DNA of 64,000 bases from a virus (IMGVR_UViG_3300027815_000009:5359-69358), one strand, 5' to 3'; positions 18,271 to 28,366 are shown, counted from the first letter of the stretch. Notes: generated by a model not told the origin, from the sequence alone. Numbers and translations are program-made.

Positions 18271-19383
18271 TCATATTCCGATAACAGTCCATTGCGCGCC
18301 GTTGTACCAAACAAGGGCTTTAGCAGCGCCACCTGCGGCGACTTGAACTCCTACTGCGGGCGCTAAAGCATCAGTGACGGATTGAACCTCTCCAGTAGTC
18401 GGAGCGGCGTTAAGACTACCGACAGCAACGCCTGCTGCGATTGCGCTGGTGAGTTTAAGGCGTCCGGCGAAGCTGCCAGCAGCGCCAGTGCCTACGCCGA
18501 GGACGCCGGAAGAAATTTGAGAAATGCCGTTTGTCGTTACCCCGCCGAACTGAACCGCGCCATCACTCGCTATAGATAGAGCGGTAGTCCAAGTAATGGT
18601 GTTTCCCATGGTCCCGGAACCAGCAACCCTAAAATTATGCGTTCCTTGATTTTGGAAGTAGTTTGATACTGCAACACCACTTAGGGCATATTGCCACGCG
18701 CTTCCTGTCCAGTTTGCATTGATAGACCAATTCGTTGATGTGTTTGCCTGTTCTGCGCCCTCTGAAAAACATGTGAAGCTCCCTATTGTGAGTCCTGCGT
18801 AAATTGATGACCAAGGAACTGAGGTTCTGGAACCATAAGCAATGTTTCCAAATGTTCCAGAGGTTGCGCCAATCGTAACAAGAGCGGATTTCCCAATACT
18901 CAGCAGACTCGTCGCTCCCGCCGCACCGCCGAGAATCTGCAGCGCAAGGGAGCCTGCGGCAGAGGCCGTGTCGGTGATCGTGTATTTAAGACCTGGAAAC
19001 GTCACTCCTGCAGCGTTGCGCGTCTCTGTGATCGTCAGCGGGCCTACCGCAGTCGTTAGCGTTCCTGCGGCAAGACTTGCCCTCAAAGTGGAGAACGTCG
19101 TCCCGTCAAAGGTCAGGTTCGCGCTGTCGGTGAACAGGCCACCAGTACCCACCGTTGGGACGCGCCCGCTGGTCAAGCCCGAGAGAGTCAGCCCGGTGAA
19201 CGTCGGCGAGTCCTCCGTTCCCAGACCAAGCGCGCTGACGGCCGACGATACCGTCAGCGTGTCGCCGCCGAGCAGCGTGTAGATTTCCGAGAAGTTGTCG
19301 TTCGACTTCTGAAACGCCGTGCGCAGCGGATCGCCGGTTCCGTCGTTCGCGGCGGCTCCAACACCTATCGCCTGGCGGGACAT
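18271..19383 (-). CDS. Fibre/spike-like virion protein with T4 gp9/gp10-like N-terminal motif
   Basis: GAAANDGTGDPLRTAFQKSNDNFSEIY; Gly/Thr/Ser-rich beta repeats; lower-GC central segment. Confidence 0.65.
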   Translation of the reverse strand: MSRQAIGVGAAANDGTGDPLRTAFQKSNDNFSEIYTLLGGDTLTVSSAVSALGLGTEDSPTFTGLTLSGLTSGRVPTVGTGGLFTDSANLTFDGTTFSTLRASLAAGTLTTAVGPLTITETRNAAGVTFPGLKYTITDTASAAGSLALQILGGAAGATSLLSIGKSALVTIGATSGTFGNIAYGSRTSVPWSSIYAGLTIGSFTCFSEGAEQANTSTNWSINANWTGSAWQYALSGVAVSNYFQNQGTHNFRVAGSGTMGNTITWTTALSIASDGAVQFGGVTTNGISQISSGVLGVGTGAAGSFAGRLKLTSAIAAGVAVGSLNAAPTTGEVQSVTDALAPAVGVQVAAGGAAKALVWYNGAQWTVIGI

Positions 19384-19390
19384 GGCCCCT

Positions 19391-19786
19391 CTACCCGGCC
19401 TGTTTGATCGTCATGGAGAATTCCGAGACGCGCAGCAGATCGCCCTTGCGCACGAAATCGTCTTCCTCAAGCTGGATGATCGCGCCCTTGCCTTTCTGCC
19501 CCACGTCGCACTCGAAGATCACATTCCCGTCCGAGTCCATCGCGCGCGCCCACGTCGCCCGTCCCTTCCCGGGAGCATCGAGTTCCGGGGTTATGCCGGA
19601 GAACTTCACCACGCCTCCGGTGAATTCGACGGCCGCCGGATTGTTGAACCGCAGCCGTGCCAACAGCGCACCACCCTCCTGATCATAAAACTCCAAGGCC
19701 CCGGCCGCCCCGGTGGCATCAAGCGCGGAGCAAAGCCCGCGCGCCGCCGCGGCCAATCCGAGATCGGTGATGCGGAGTTCAGCCAT
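19391..19786 (-). CDS. Putative virion structural protein
   Basis: 131 aa; G.ATWAR..DSDG..IFECDVG motif seen in phage structural genes. Confidence 0.5.
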   Translation of the reverse strand: MAELRITDLGLAAAARGLCSALDATGAAGALEFYDQEGGALLARLRFNNPAAVEFTGGVVKFSGITPELDAPGKGRATWARAMDSDGNVIFECDVGQKGKGAIIQLEEDDFVRKGDLLRVSEFSMTIKQAG

Positions 19787-21179
19787 CTTTGGTTACCTCC
19801 GTGCGGGTGATCTTCACGGTCCCGTCGGCCTGCCTCGCCACCGTGAATTCCGTTGCCCTCGACGGTGGCGCTTTCGCGGGCTCCGCATCGTCATCGCCTT
19901 CGCGGTACGCGCGCCAGGCATCGTCTTGGGTCAGGAATTTCGCGTCGGCCAACTCGCGCGCCCTGCCGATCTCGGCCGGCGTGATGAACTCGTCTTCGTC
20001 AATCTTTTCGCCGGCGACGATCGGGACGATGATTGACCTGCACGAGAAATGGTTCGGCGGAAGCAGCGCCTCGAGATTCGGATCGGTCGGCTTGAAGACC
20101 TTCCCATCAAGGAAGCGGCAAACTTCGGTGGTGCGCAAATCCAAAATCGCGCTGTAGCGAATCCCCTTCACGAACCGCGCGATCTCCGGATCGACGATCT
20201 CGGACAACCGACCGTGGTTGTACGCCGTTGTCGTGTTCGTGCGCACGATGGTTTCCAGACGCCAAGGCTGGAGCTGCTGCTCGTCGCGGATCACGTCCGG
20301 ATCGCCGAGCCACGGCACGAAGGCGTCGCGGACCTGCTCCGCCATTACGGAACCAGCGACCCCCGTCTTCAGGCCGTTCAGGACAATCCCCTTCACATCG
20401 GCGAGGATGCGATCATCGAGGATGCCGGAGATCCAGAAGGCGGTGGCGCGGAGCCAGCGCAGCGCGGCCTTGGGGGTGAAGGAAGAATCGGCGAAGTCTC
20501 GCTGTTGCGTCGAACTTTCATTCAGTTCAAGAAATTCTTTCCTCGCATTAAGGCCGCGCAGCGTCATCGCGTGACGCAACCTTCTGACGCGTTCCATGAT
20601 GGCCTGGTATTTGTCCGTTTGGCCCAAGATGATCCAGCTGTTCAAACTTTTCTGCGCGTAGTCTTCAAGATTGCGAGCTTCAATCTCCAAGAGCGCGTTG
20701 GTCGGCTTGAACGTCAATTTCTTTGAAATCCCCCATTCATCTTTCGGCGCGAACTCCCCGCCCGCGTCCGAACCTGACGGCTTGCGCGGGTGCTTCGATT
20801 CGTCCCACTCCGCGAAGTCCCTTCGCCCCTCGCGCATCTCACGCCGCAGGTCCTTCCGCCCCGCCTCGCGCGCCCGGTCGAGCATCGCGCGCACCTCCAT
20901 CTCGACGGCGCCGAACCGCGGCAGGCGCTTCAGGTCGTTCGCCAGCGCGGCGAAGTCCGAGGCTTTCCGCACCCGCGCGACTAAGGCATCCCGGCACTCG
21001 GCCAGTGCATCCCGCAGCGCTTCGAGGGAGGCGGCCTCAAGGGCATCGAGGCGCGGCTTGAGGTCGCGCTGGGTGTGCTCCGCAGCTTCGGCGTTCAGCG
21101 GCACCACGCGCCCGTCCTCGACCACGGCGAGCGCGCGCCTGACGGCGCCGGCGGACGTGCGGAGGGCGAGCGGGGTCAC
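19779..21179 (-). CDS. Minor head protein (Mu gpF / SPP1 gp7 family)
   Basis: RLETIVRTN..AYN.GR, YSAILD.RT...C..LDG, PPNHFSCRS. Confidence 0.9.
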   Translation of the reverse strand: MTPLALRTSAGAVRRALAVVEDGRVVPLNAEAAEHTQRDLKPRLDALEAASLEALRDALAECRDALVARVRKASDFAALANDLKRLPRFGAVEMEVRAMLDRAREAGRKDLRREMREGRRDFAEWDESKHPRKPSGSDAGGEFAPKDEWGISKKLTFKPTNALLEIEARNLEDYAQKSLNSWIILGQTDKYQAIMERVRRLRHAMTLRGLNARKEFLELNESSTQQRDFADSSFTPKAALRWLRATAFWISGILDDRILADVKGIVLNGLKTGVAGSVMAEQVRDAFVPWLGDPDVIRDEQQLQPWRLETIVRTNTTTAYNHGRLSEIVDPEIARFVKGIRYSAILDLRTTEVCRFLDGKVFKPTDPNLEALLPPNHFSCRSIIVPIVAGEKIDEDEFITPAEIGRARELADAKFLTQDDAWRAYREGDDDAEPAKAPPSRATEFTVARQADGTVKITRTEVTKDG

Positions 21180-22768
21180 GACGTTCCTTTCGCGCGCTCC
21201 ACGCACACCGGGTGCCCGTTCAGGAGGACCCACTCGGCGTCGTTCTCTTCCGCGAACTGGCGCATCTCCGCCGTCTGCTCGTCCTCGGGAACCTTCTTCG
21301 GATCGGCGCCGGGTTCCTGTCCGCCGCGCCCCTTGTCCGGCTTGCCATCAATCCCAATCGCCGGCAGCGGTTCGAGCACCGGGGAGTCGTTCTCCGGCAT
21401 CCCGAACGCCTTCCGGATGTGCGTCTCGTCGTCCTCGATCCGGTTGACCACCCGCCCATCGACGAGCTCCTTCCAGACCTTGAACAGCTCCAGCTCCTTG
21501 TCGTCGTCCAGCCGCCCGGCCTTGTAGACCGGGTAGGACTTCAGGCCCGAGTAGTTCAGGTCGCAGAGTTGCGGGATGATCTGCGAGTTCACCGCGTTCG
21601 CGGCCAGGTCCTCCTGGATCTCCCGCACCACCATCATGAAGCTGCGCCATGACACGTTCGCCCGCGCGAGCGATCCGCCGGACTGCGCCCCTTGGCTCCC
21701 GGACTCCTGCGCGAAACCCGTGAGAGAAGGTTGAAGCAGCGCCTTCGCGATGTCGGCATCGAACCGCGCGAGGGCGGACGAGAAGAGATCCTGCGACCCG
21801 GCGGCGAGCGACTGGCTCCAGAACTCGAGCCCGTCCTTCGACCCTCGCGGGATGATCCCCATCGTCGCCGCCTGGATGTTCTTGACGACCTTCTTCAGCT
21901 GCTCGAGGTCCGGCCCTTGGTACTCGTTCGCATTGTACAGCGCGAAGAGCGGCGGGATACCGTAGCGCTCGAGCAGGATGGCGTACCACTTGTAGGCGTT
22001 GTCCTTCGTCCACCAGGCGCGGTAGGCCGCCTCCAGGTCGCTCTTGCCGTAAGGGTTCTCGAACTCCCTGTCGTAGACGTAGTGGACGAACTTCGCCGGG
22101 CTGTACCCCCCCTCGCCCTTCTGCCCGGCGGACGGGAGTTGGATGATCGCGCCGACCTTCCCGGAGGCGTCGGTCTCGAAGTCGATGTAGTGGGGTTTCA
22201 GCTCCACCAATCGGTCGAGTGCGAGCTTGCCCTTCAGCGGCCCGGACTCGCGCTCGGCGTACACCTTCTCCGTCACCGAGTAGCCGAACCGCAGCGCGCG
22301 GAGGAACTTCTTCAGCGCGTCGTTCCACCCGCCCGGGAAGTAGGTCAGGCAGTCGCGCACGAACGTCGTGACCTCCCAGTCGTCCTCCTGGTCGCCGGGC
22401 GAGACGACCTCCCAGCCCGAGGCGATGACGGCGAGGATCTTGAACGAAAGGGCGGCTTTGACCTGCTCGTCCAGTCCCATCTGGTCGAAGATGGAAAGCC
22501 CTCGCCGCGTCACGAGGACCGACGGGTTGTACGGGACGAACATCTGCGCCGAGATCAGCCGCGTCGGGTCGACGTAAGCGAGGGCGTTCTTGAGCATCGA
22601 GCCGGTGGGCGAAGGGGGCGGCGTGGTCCCGGCCAGCGGCCAGCCGGGCGCCATCCCGCCCATCAGGAAGGTACCTTCCGGCCGCTGATCGGTCGCGAGC
22701 CTGACGACGATCGGCCTCGCCGGTTTTTTCCGGTTCTTCACCTTCCAGGTCTTGCCCAGCGTGCTCAT
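21176..22768 (-). CDS. Portal protein (Mu gp29/DUF935 family)
   Basis: ALRFGYSVTEKVY, NPYGKSDL.AAY..W..K, ERYGIP, IAKALL; follows TerL. Confidence 0.85.
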   Translation of the reverse strand: MSTLGKTWKVKNRKKPARPIVVRLATDQRPEGTFLMGGMAPGWPLAGTTPPPSPTGSMLKNALAYVDPTRLISAQMFVPYNPSVLVTRRGLSIFDQMGLDEQVKAALSFKILAVIASGWEVVSPGDQEDDWEVTTFVRDCLTYFPGGWNDALKKFLRALRFGYSVTEKVYAERESGPLKGKLALDRLVELKPHYIDFETDASGKVGAIIQLPSAGQKGEGGYSPAKFVHYVYDREFENPYGKSDLEAAYRAWWTKDNAYKWYAILLERYGIPPLFALYNANEYQGPDLEQLKKVVKNIQAATMGIIPRGSKDGLEFWSQSLAAGSQDLFSSALARFDADIAKALLQPSLTGFAQESGSQGAQSGGSLARANVSWRSFMMVVREIQEDLAANAVNSQIIPQLCDLNYSGLKSYPVYKAGRLDDDKELELFKVWKELVDGRVVNRIEDDETHIRKAFGMPENDSPVLEPLPAIGIDGKPDKGRGGQEPGADPKKVPEDEQTAEMRQFAEENDAEWVLLNGHPVCVERAKGTS

Positions 22769-24366
22769 TGCCTCGTCTCCCACGGTGCGCCCAGCCCTTC
22801 GGCCATCGAATCCCCGGCGCCCCCGACCTCAACCCCGCCGAACATGTCCACGCGCCCGGCGTAGCGCGTGAGCTCGTCGAACGCTCGAGACGTCGCGTCG
22901 GCGTCGTCCTTCGTGCCATCGGGGAAACCCTCAAGAGCGGAGAGGTATGCCGGGTCTATCGAGGCGACGTAATCCACGTTCCCCGCCTCCGCCTGCGCGG
23001 AAAACGGGTTGAACCGCGTCACCTTGTCACCGCTCTCCGGGGATGCCCTGACGTCATACCCTGGGGCCAGCCCGGCGAACGTCGCCACCTGGCTCTTCCC
23101 CGCCTGTCCCGGGTCTTGGGGGATGGACTGCCTGACGCGCTTCCCGTCCGACGCGGTCGTGTTCGTGAAGGCGAGCTCGACGCCCGCCGGCCCCTGTTTG
23201 ACGCGCCGCGCGTCGAGGATGACGTACCGCGCCGGCGCCTTCGGGTCCGCGCGCCGGTATCGGCCGAGCTTCACGCCGACGGTGATCGCCATTTTGCGGT
23301 CCCTGCCCTGTTTCTTCTCCTCGGTCGCGGCGAAGTCCCACCCGCGGACGATCGCCTCGAGGCCGGACGGCTCGGCGGGGATGGCCTTGCACCACTCGCG
23401 GCGGAAGAGCATCCCGGCGGACGCCCTGACCTTCCAGTTCCCGCCCAGGGTCGGGTCGCCGAGAAGGCGAGCCCTTTCGTGCCGCGCCTGCGCCTGGAGC
23501 TTGGCGAGATACCCGGGGTCGTTCTCGAGCCCGATCTTGTTGTCCCAGATGCGCGCGAGGATGAACGTCACCGACAGGGGGCGAACCTGGTTCGGGTCGT
23601 CCTCGGGCAGTTCCGGATTCCCGAGGCGCGCCAGAAGCTCCTCGCGCGTGTCCGCCCAGTGGAGCTCGTCCCCGAGCTTGCAGACCCACCTGACCGCCCC
23701 GTCGCGCTCCGGTATCGCGTACCCGTAGCCAGGATTCGGAGCGCCGTCGTCGAGCGTCTCGCGCTGGTCGATCCACCAAGCGAGGAATTCGGCCAACCAC
23801 GAGTCCGGGTCAGGGTTGCAAGTCGCCCGGCAGTACGGCCGAACGTGCCCCGAAGGATCCCGATTCCGCGAAAGCATGTACCAGAACTGCGACGCCTCGA
23901 AGTGCTCCAGCTGGTCGAACTTCAGGACCGGGATCTGCGCCCCATCCCAGGAGTAAACGTCGGTCTCGTGCTCAAGGTGCGCGAACTTCGAGACCGCCCC
24001 GGACGGGAAAAGAACCTCGTGACTCTGCAGGAACCGCGGCCCGAGCGGCGCGTAGAACAGCATCGCCTCGTCCCACAGACCTCCCGGGTTCGTGATCTGC
24101 GGCGTGGTCCGCCGGAACGTCACCGACGCGAACCGCGTGTCGTGGATGTGCCTGACGTCATCGAGGAGAAGGGCCACGGTCTTGCCCCCGAACGCGCCAC
24201 CACCGATGATCGCGATGTCCGCGTCGCAGGCGAGGAACCGCTCTTGGGGGCCGCGTTGAGGCCGTATTTCGCGCACCGCGCGCGCCGGCGCGGAGAATTC
24301 CTTGGTTGTCGGCGGCGCCTTCGCGGCGGTCGTTGTCGGCTCGGAAGCCTGGAGTGCGGCGCTCAC
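22765..24366 (-). CDS. Terminase large subunit
   Basis: GGGAFGGKT Walker A, FDQLEHF Walker B-like, ATCNPDP, GWDFAA and KDDADA nuclease motifs. Confidence 0.92.
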   Translation of the reverse strand: MSAALQASEPTTTAAKAPPTTKEFSAPARAVREIRPQRGPQERFLACDADIAIIGGGAFGGKTVALLLDDVRHIHDTRFASVTFRRTTPQITNPGGLWDEAMLFYAPLGPRFLQSHEVLFPSGAVSKFAHLEHETDVYSWDGAQIPVLKFDQLEHFEASQFWYMLSRNRDPSGHVRPYCRATCNPDPDSWLAEFLAWWIDQRETLDDGAPNPGYGYAIPERDGAVRWVCKLGDELHWADTREELLARLGNPELPEDDPNQVRPLSVTFILARIWDNKIGLENDPGYLAKLQAQARHERARLLGDPTLGGNWKVRASAGMLFRREWCKAIPAEPSGLEAIVRGWDFAATEEKKQGRDRKMAITVGVKLGRYRRADPKAPARYVILDARRVKQGPAGVELAFTNTTASDGKRVRQSIPQDPGQAGKSQVATFAGLAPGYDVRASPESGDKVTRFNPFSAQAEAGNVDYVASIDPAYLSALEGFPDGTKDDADATSRAFDELTRYAGRVDMFGGVEVGGAGDSMAEGLGAPWETRQ

Positions 24367-24773
24367 GCCGCCTTCGCCTCGCCATTCCCACGGTGGGCTG
24401 CGACAGCGGAATCGTTCTCCGCCGCCGGTGGCGCGACCCTCCGCCCGTTCTCTGGGATGTAGAACGCGACCTGCGCCGTCACCGACATCGGAATCGCGCC
24501 TCCGCCCTTGCCGCTCACCTCGTGGCTGATCAGGCGCGGGGCATAGTACGGGCCGGCGGCGATCGCGCAGGCGATCATCTGCTGAGCGGTGAGGATCGTT
24601 GGGCCGGCGGCGCAGTGCATGAGGCCGGTGTTCGCCCATTCGTTCAGGAGGTCGTGGGGGAGGCGCAGCCCCACCGCCTGGGCATCAACGGCGGCCTTCG
24701 CAACCTGTTCGACCGCTTTGACGTTCGCCCCACCAGGCTTTCTTCCGGCCCCTTCGCGTTTCCCGCCGCGCAT
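24363..24773 (-). CDS. Terminase small subunit
   Basis: MRGGKREGAGRKPG, AAGPYYAPRL motifs; overlaps TerL start. Confidence 0.75.
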   Translation of the reverse strand: MRGGKREGAGRKPGGANVKAVEQVAKAAVDAQAVGLRLPHDLLNEWANTGLMHCAAGPTILTAQQMIACAIAAGPYYAPRLISHEVSGKGGGAIPMSVTAQVAFYIPENGRRVAPPAAENDSAVAAHRGNGEAKAA

Positions 24774-25051
24774 CGTTGATTCCTTTGAAAAACAATCAGC
24801 AACGCATTGAATTCCGCCGCCCCGGCCGAACCGAATCTTTGGGGATGGCTCGGAACGGCCGGGGGTCGCTGGGCACGCGCGGGGAATCCATTGGGCTGAA
24901 TCATATTCCCAAATCTGCGAATCTGCCTAATCCTAAACTTGGAGCCCGAAAAGGGTGGCGCGGGATCGTGGGATTTGCCGGGCGTAGCAGCGTATCCGGC
25001 CCCGGACCTGGCTTTTGGCATCCCGCGTTCGGGAGACGGCGCCCGCGCCGA

Positions 25052-26206
25052 TCATTCGCCGTTGGAGTCTATCCCGGGGCCGGCTGTTCTGAGGTTCGGC
25101 GCGGTCACCTCTATGTAGGCGCGGACGAAAGCCGTCGCCGCTTCAGCATTGAGGCCGTTTCCGTAGGCGCGCAGTCGTCCCAGGCGGCCGGGAGCCCCTG
25201 TAACCAGCGGGAATGTGCCGGGTCTAACTGGCCGCCACTTTCCATCCGTGCAGCAGAGCCAGTCAGCAGCTCGCCAGAAGCCGTTAGCCGGGCCGGGCCG
25301 ACGATCCTGGTCTGCGCCGTCAGCGTGTCCGCCACGCCACGGCTGTGCCTCGTCCCCGCGCTCTCCGCGTCCTCGGCCCTCGGTGTTGCCCATCCCGCCA
25401 GCGCCACCGTCTTGCGGCCTGAGTCCGTGTTGCCAGCCTCGTTGTATTCCTCCGTCGCCTTCGAGCCCGCCATCAGCGTCGGCCAGCCTGCGAGGTTCGC
25501 CTGCCGCGGAACCGTGTCGTTTCTCTCCTTTCCGTCCTTGCGCCATTGCGAATTGCTCAAATCCCCCGTGTCCTTCCAATCCCTCGCGGTTGGGCTCGCC
25601 CAGCCGGTCAACTGCACCGCCGCCTGAAGATCCCCGCCGCCGCTCTCCGTCCTGCCGAGTTCCTGCTTCCGTTCCGCGCTCTCCGCGCCCCCCGTAACCG
25701 TTCGCGGCGTTGGCCACCCAGTAAAGCCGCTGCCGGATGTTCGGGCTTCCGAAGCCCGCAGAGCAGGTATCGACCGCCCCGACGGTGTACGCCTCGCTTT
25801 CCAAGTCAGCGTGTAGAGCGTCGAGCCAAGCGAGTCCGAGACGGCTTGCAACCTGCTCGCCAAAGACAACGCGAGGGCGGCGCTCGCGGATGAGTGGGAA
25901 CCACCGCGGCCAAAGATCGCGCTCATCATCGAACGCTTCTCCCGTGCCGGCATCGCTGAAAGGCTGGCAGGGGCAACTTCCGGTCCAGACTTCTTCGTCG
26001 TCCGGCCAGCCCGCTTGCCTAAGGGCGTGGCTCCAGATTCCGATGCCGGCGAAGAAGTGGCATTGCCGGTATCCCCGAAGGTCGTCGGCCCGAACATCGA
26101 CAATTGATCTTTCATCCACGTCTCCCGGCGCTATGTGGCCGGCCGCGATGAGATTGCGGAGCCACTGCGCTGCGTATGGATCGAATTCGTTGTAGTAAGC
26201 GGCCAT
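25052..26206 (-). CDS. C5-cytosine DNA methyltransferase, alpha polypeptide (motifs I-VIII and X)
   Basis: [35 protein letters not shown]. Confidence 0.85.
   Translation of the reverse strand: MAAYYNEFDPYAAQWLRNLIAAGHIAPGDVDERSIVDVRADDLRGYRQCHFFAGIGIWSHALRQAGWPDDEEVWTGSCPCQPFSDAGTGEAFDDERDLWPRWFPLIRERRPRVVFGEQVASRLGLAWLDALHADLESEAYTVGAVDTCSAGFGSPNIRQRLYWVANAANGYGGRGERGTEAGTRQDGERRRGSSGGGAVDRLGEPNREGLEGHGGFEQFAMAQGRKGEKRHGSAAGEPRRLADADGGLEGDGGIQRGWQHGLRPQDGGAGGMGNTEGRGRGERGDEAQPWRGGHADGADQDRRPGPANGFWRAADWLCCTDGKWRPVRPGTFPLVTGAPGRLGRLRAYGNGLNAEAATAFVRAYIEVTAPNLRTAGPGIDSNGE
25111..26115 (-). CDS. Overlapping alternative-frame MTase beta polypeptide (TRD repeats + motif IX)
   Basis: Nested in another frame of the alpha gene; four GW(P/A)(T/S)P-like repeats; [16 protein letters not shown] resembles motif IX; GGAG SD. 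Confidence 0.7.
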   Translation of the reverse strand: MKDQLSMFGPTTFGDTGNATSSPASESGATPLGKRAGRTTKKSGPEVAPASLSAMPAREKRSMMSAIFGRGGSHSSASAALALSLASRLQAVSDSLGSTLYTLTWKARRTPSGRSIPALRASEARTSGSGFTGWPTPRTVTGGAESAERKQELGRTESGGGDLQAAVQLTGWASPTARDWKDTGDLSNSQWRKDGKERNDTVPRQANLAGWPTLMAGSKATEEYNEAGNTDSGRKTVALAGWATPRAEDAESAGTRHSRGVADTLTAQTRIVGPARLTASGELLTGSAARMESGGQLDPAHSRWLQGLPAAWDDCAPTETASMLKRRRLSSAPT

Positions 26207-26346
26207 TCACGATTCGATGGAGCAATCCCCGAACATGAGTCCCGTCTCTTGGAGTCCGAAGTCGAGGCTTGCGGCGGCGACGGCGGACGGATCGAAGCGC
26301 CGGATCGAGACCAGCGCCGCCCCTCCCTTGACCGGGTTCCCGCGCA

Positions 26347-27255
26347 TTACTTCTCTGATTCCCAGCCGGAGATTATCCGTCCCCATTTAGCAATCCCCTT
26401 ATACGCCTTTGCCCCAACGACAACTAACTTAAATTGCGGATAATTAAGGCGAAACCGTAAAATTTTTGTCCTGCTTCTCTGATCCATCCATCCCTTCACT
26501 TCGTGGTATTCGATCTCCTCTGCGATCGTCGTAACACGAAAATCAGGCAGGTAACTTACGGTGCCGCGCTTAACGCCATCGAACCAGAACGTCTCCGGCT
26601 CGTGTTCCCATTTCAAGATCTGCCTTTTTACTCTCAGCCATTCGAGATACCTCGCATAATTCGCTTCCCATCGGCTACGGAAGAAAATCCTTGCGCCGCC
26701 AACTTCACGCCAACCGGCCTTCCAACTCCCGCGTTTGAAAGAAGGCGTAGCCATCCCGTTCTTTTTTCTCGCCTCGACGTGCTTGCGTGCCCATTCGACA
26801 CGATCAGCCTCTGTCTTGGACCTCCAAGCGGCCTTCGACGCTTCCGAAATCCTAGCCTTCGCCTCTTCGGTATGGCGCATACCGAGCGCTCCTCGTGGAT
26901 GGCCGTTAATAGCAAACGCCGCTCGTTGAGCTTCAATCACTTTCGCCCTACCTTCCGGAGTCATGCGCATTTTCCCGGAAGCGACCAGTTCTCGCATTAC
27001 GATTGCTTGAGCCGGCCGTTTTTTCCCGACATGAGAAGCTGCTGCCCTTCTCTGGAAATCCTTAGCAAACTCACTTTTATGATCTAACCGCAAGCCGAGC
27101 CTGGCGGCCTTAGACCTAACCATATGGCTCGTCTTCCCAAGCTGCTCGGCGCACCATAATTTCCCGCGCGTAGGGTAGTTCTCTACCAGAAACGCTTCTT
27201 GCTGCGCTGTCCATGCGCTCGTCAATTCCAACCCTAACTCAAACTGCGTCGTCAC
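26347..27255 (-). CDS. PD-(D/E)xK nuclease (DUF1064-like) with HTH and NUMOD3-like N-terminus
   Basis: FRSRWEANYA, YLPDF, EVKG; GTG start overlaps upstream TGA. Confidence 0.7.
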   Translation of the reverse strand: MTTQFELGLELTSAWTAQQEAFLVENYPTRGKLWCAEQLGKTSHMVRSKAARLGLRLDHKSEFAKDFQRRAAASHVGKKRPAQAIVMRELVASGKMRMTPEGRAKVIEAQRAAFAINGHPRGALGMRHTEEAKARISEASKAAWRSKTEADRVEWARKHVEARKKNGMATPSFKRGSWKAGWREVGGARIFFRSRWEANYARYLEWLRVKRQILKWEHEPETFWFDGVKRGTVSYLPDFRVTTIAEEIEYHEVKGWMDQRSRTKILRFRLNYPQFKLVVVGAKAYKGIAKWGRIISGWESEK

Positions 27256-27614
27256 CGCGGGAGCCCGTAGCGGTAGTTTTTGCATTCGCCGCGTTTCACG
27301 AGCTGGCCGAGGGCGACCATCTCGACCACGGTCTGCTTGAGCGTCGAGGCGCGGACCCCGGGGACGGCGGCACGGAGCTCGGGGATGCGGAGCGCGCGCC
27401 CGGCGGCCTCGAGGGCCTCGACGATCCGCGCCCGCGCCGTTCCCTTGGCGAAGCCGAGCGTCTCCGCCTTCGGGGTCGGGGGCCGCAGCCACCACGGACC
27501 TAGGCCTTCGGAGATCCGGCCGAGGGTTTCCCGGACGGCTGCGGCGAACGCGCCGCGTATGCCGCTCTCGTGGATGCGCAGTGTTTCCGGGTCAACGGCT
27601 TGGCCGAGGTTCAT
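27252..27614 (-). CDS. Hypothetical protein, C-terminal winged-HTH-like
   Basis: Helix pattern and coupled overlaps. Confidence 0.4.
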   Translation of the reverse strand: MNLGQAVDPETLRIHESGIRGAFAAAVRETLGRISEGLGPWWLRPPTPKAETLGFAKGTARARIVEALEAAGRALRIPELRAAVPGVRASTLKQTVVEMVALGQLVKRGECKNYRYGLPR

Positions 27615-28366
27615 CCGGCACCAGCCTCATCGCAGTCGCGGATGTTTGCTATCGGCGTGTCGCCGTGGGATAGCGCCGTCGGCCAGCCGTGGTGCCACAT
27701 GAAGGCGCAATAGTTCGCCACGTCGCGCGGGTCGCCCTTCGCCAGATGGTGCAGCAGCTTGGCGCGGCACTCGTCCTGCCAGTCATCGTCCTTCCAGAAA
27801 TTCGAGTACCCGTATTTGACCTCGGCTGCGCGCAGCTTCTCGGCCAAGGCTGCGGCGAACCTCTGCACAAGGTCTGCGGTGTCAGGGTGCAGTCCTTCCG
27901 GCATGGCGAGTGGTGAGACGGCTGAAGCGCGCAGCCTTTCCAGTTCGTCGTAGTGCAGATTCACGCGCTCGGCGTACTCGCGCCAGAGCTTATCGCGCAA
28001 CGTATGCCATCCGTCACCGAACTCTAGACTCTCGCCCTGAATGACGGCCCACGCCTCGGAACAGCCCAAACCGCCGCGTTCCGCAAGACGCTCCAGGGTC
28101 TGACTGTGGTTGCGCTGCGCCTGATGCGCGTGCGGGGCCATGACTTCCCACGGCACAGCGGGGCCGTTCTGGATAGGGAACATTCGTCGTTGAGAGGGTC
28201 GCGCCGCTTCGCCCGGTGCATCAGGCAACGCCACCCGGCCAAGCGGCGTTACGGCGGACTTCACAACCGCCAAGGCGCGCTCCGCCGCTTCCGCGCGCAC
28301 CTTCCATCCATCGCGCTCGGCGGCCACGCGCTTTATCCTAGTTTCCGGGTCGTTGTCAAAGTACAT
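27611..28366 (-). CDS. Ead/Ea22-like accessory protein
   Basis: DLVQRFAAALAEKL..AE.KYGYS..W...L.HHLAKGDPRDVANYCAF.WHHGW module. Confidence 0.65.
   Translation of the reverse strand: MYFDNDPETRIKRVAAERDGWKVRAEAAERALAVVKSAVTPLGRVALPDAPGEAARPSQRRMFPIQNGPAVPWEVMAPHAHQAQRNHSQTLERLAERGGLGCSEAWAVIQGESLEFGDGWHTLRDKLWREYAERVNLHYDELERLRASAVSPLAMPEGLHPDTADLVQRFAAALAEKLRAAEVKYGYSNFWKDDDWQDECRAKLLHHLAKGDPRDVANYCAFMWHHGWPTALSHGDTPIANIRDCDEAGAG

Noticed and set aside
858-24462. Long plus-strand ORFs (e.g. 858-1838, 3375-4430, 8080-9459, 21692-22864, 22768-24462)
   Set aside because: Antisense shadows of GC-rich genes; Arg/Pro/Gly-rich with no motifs
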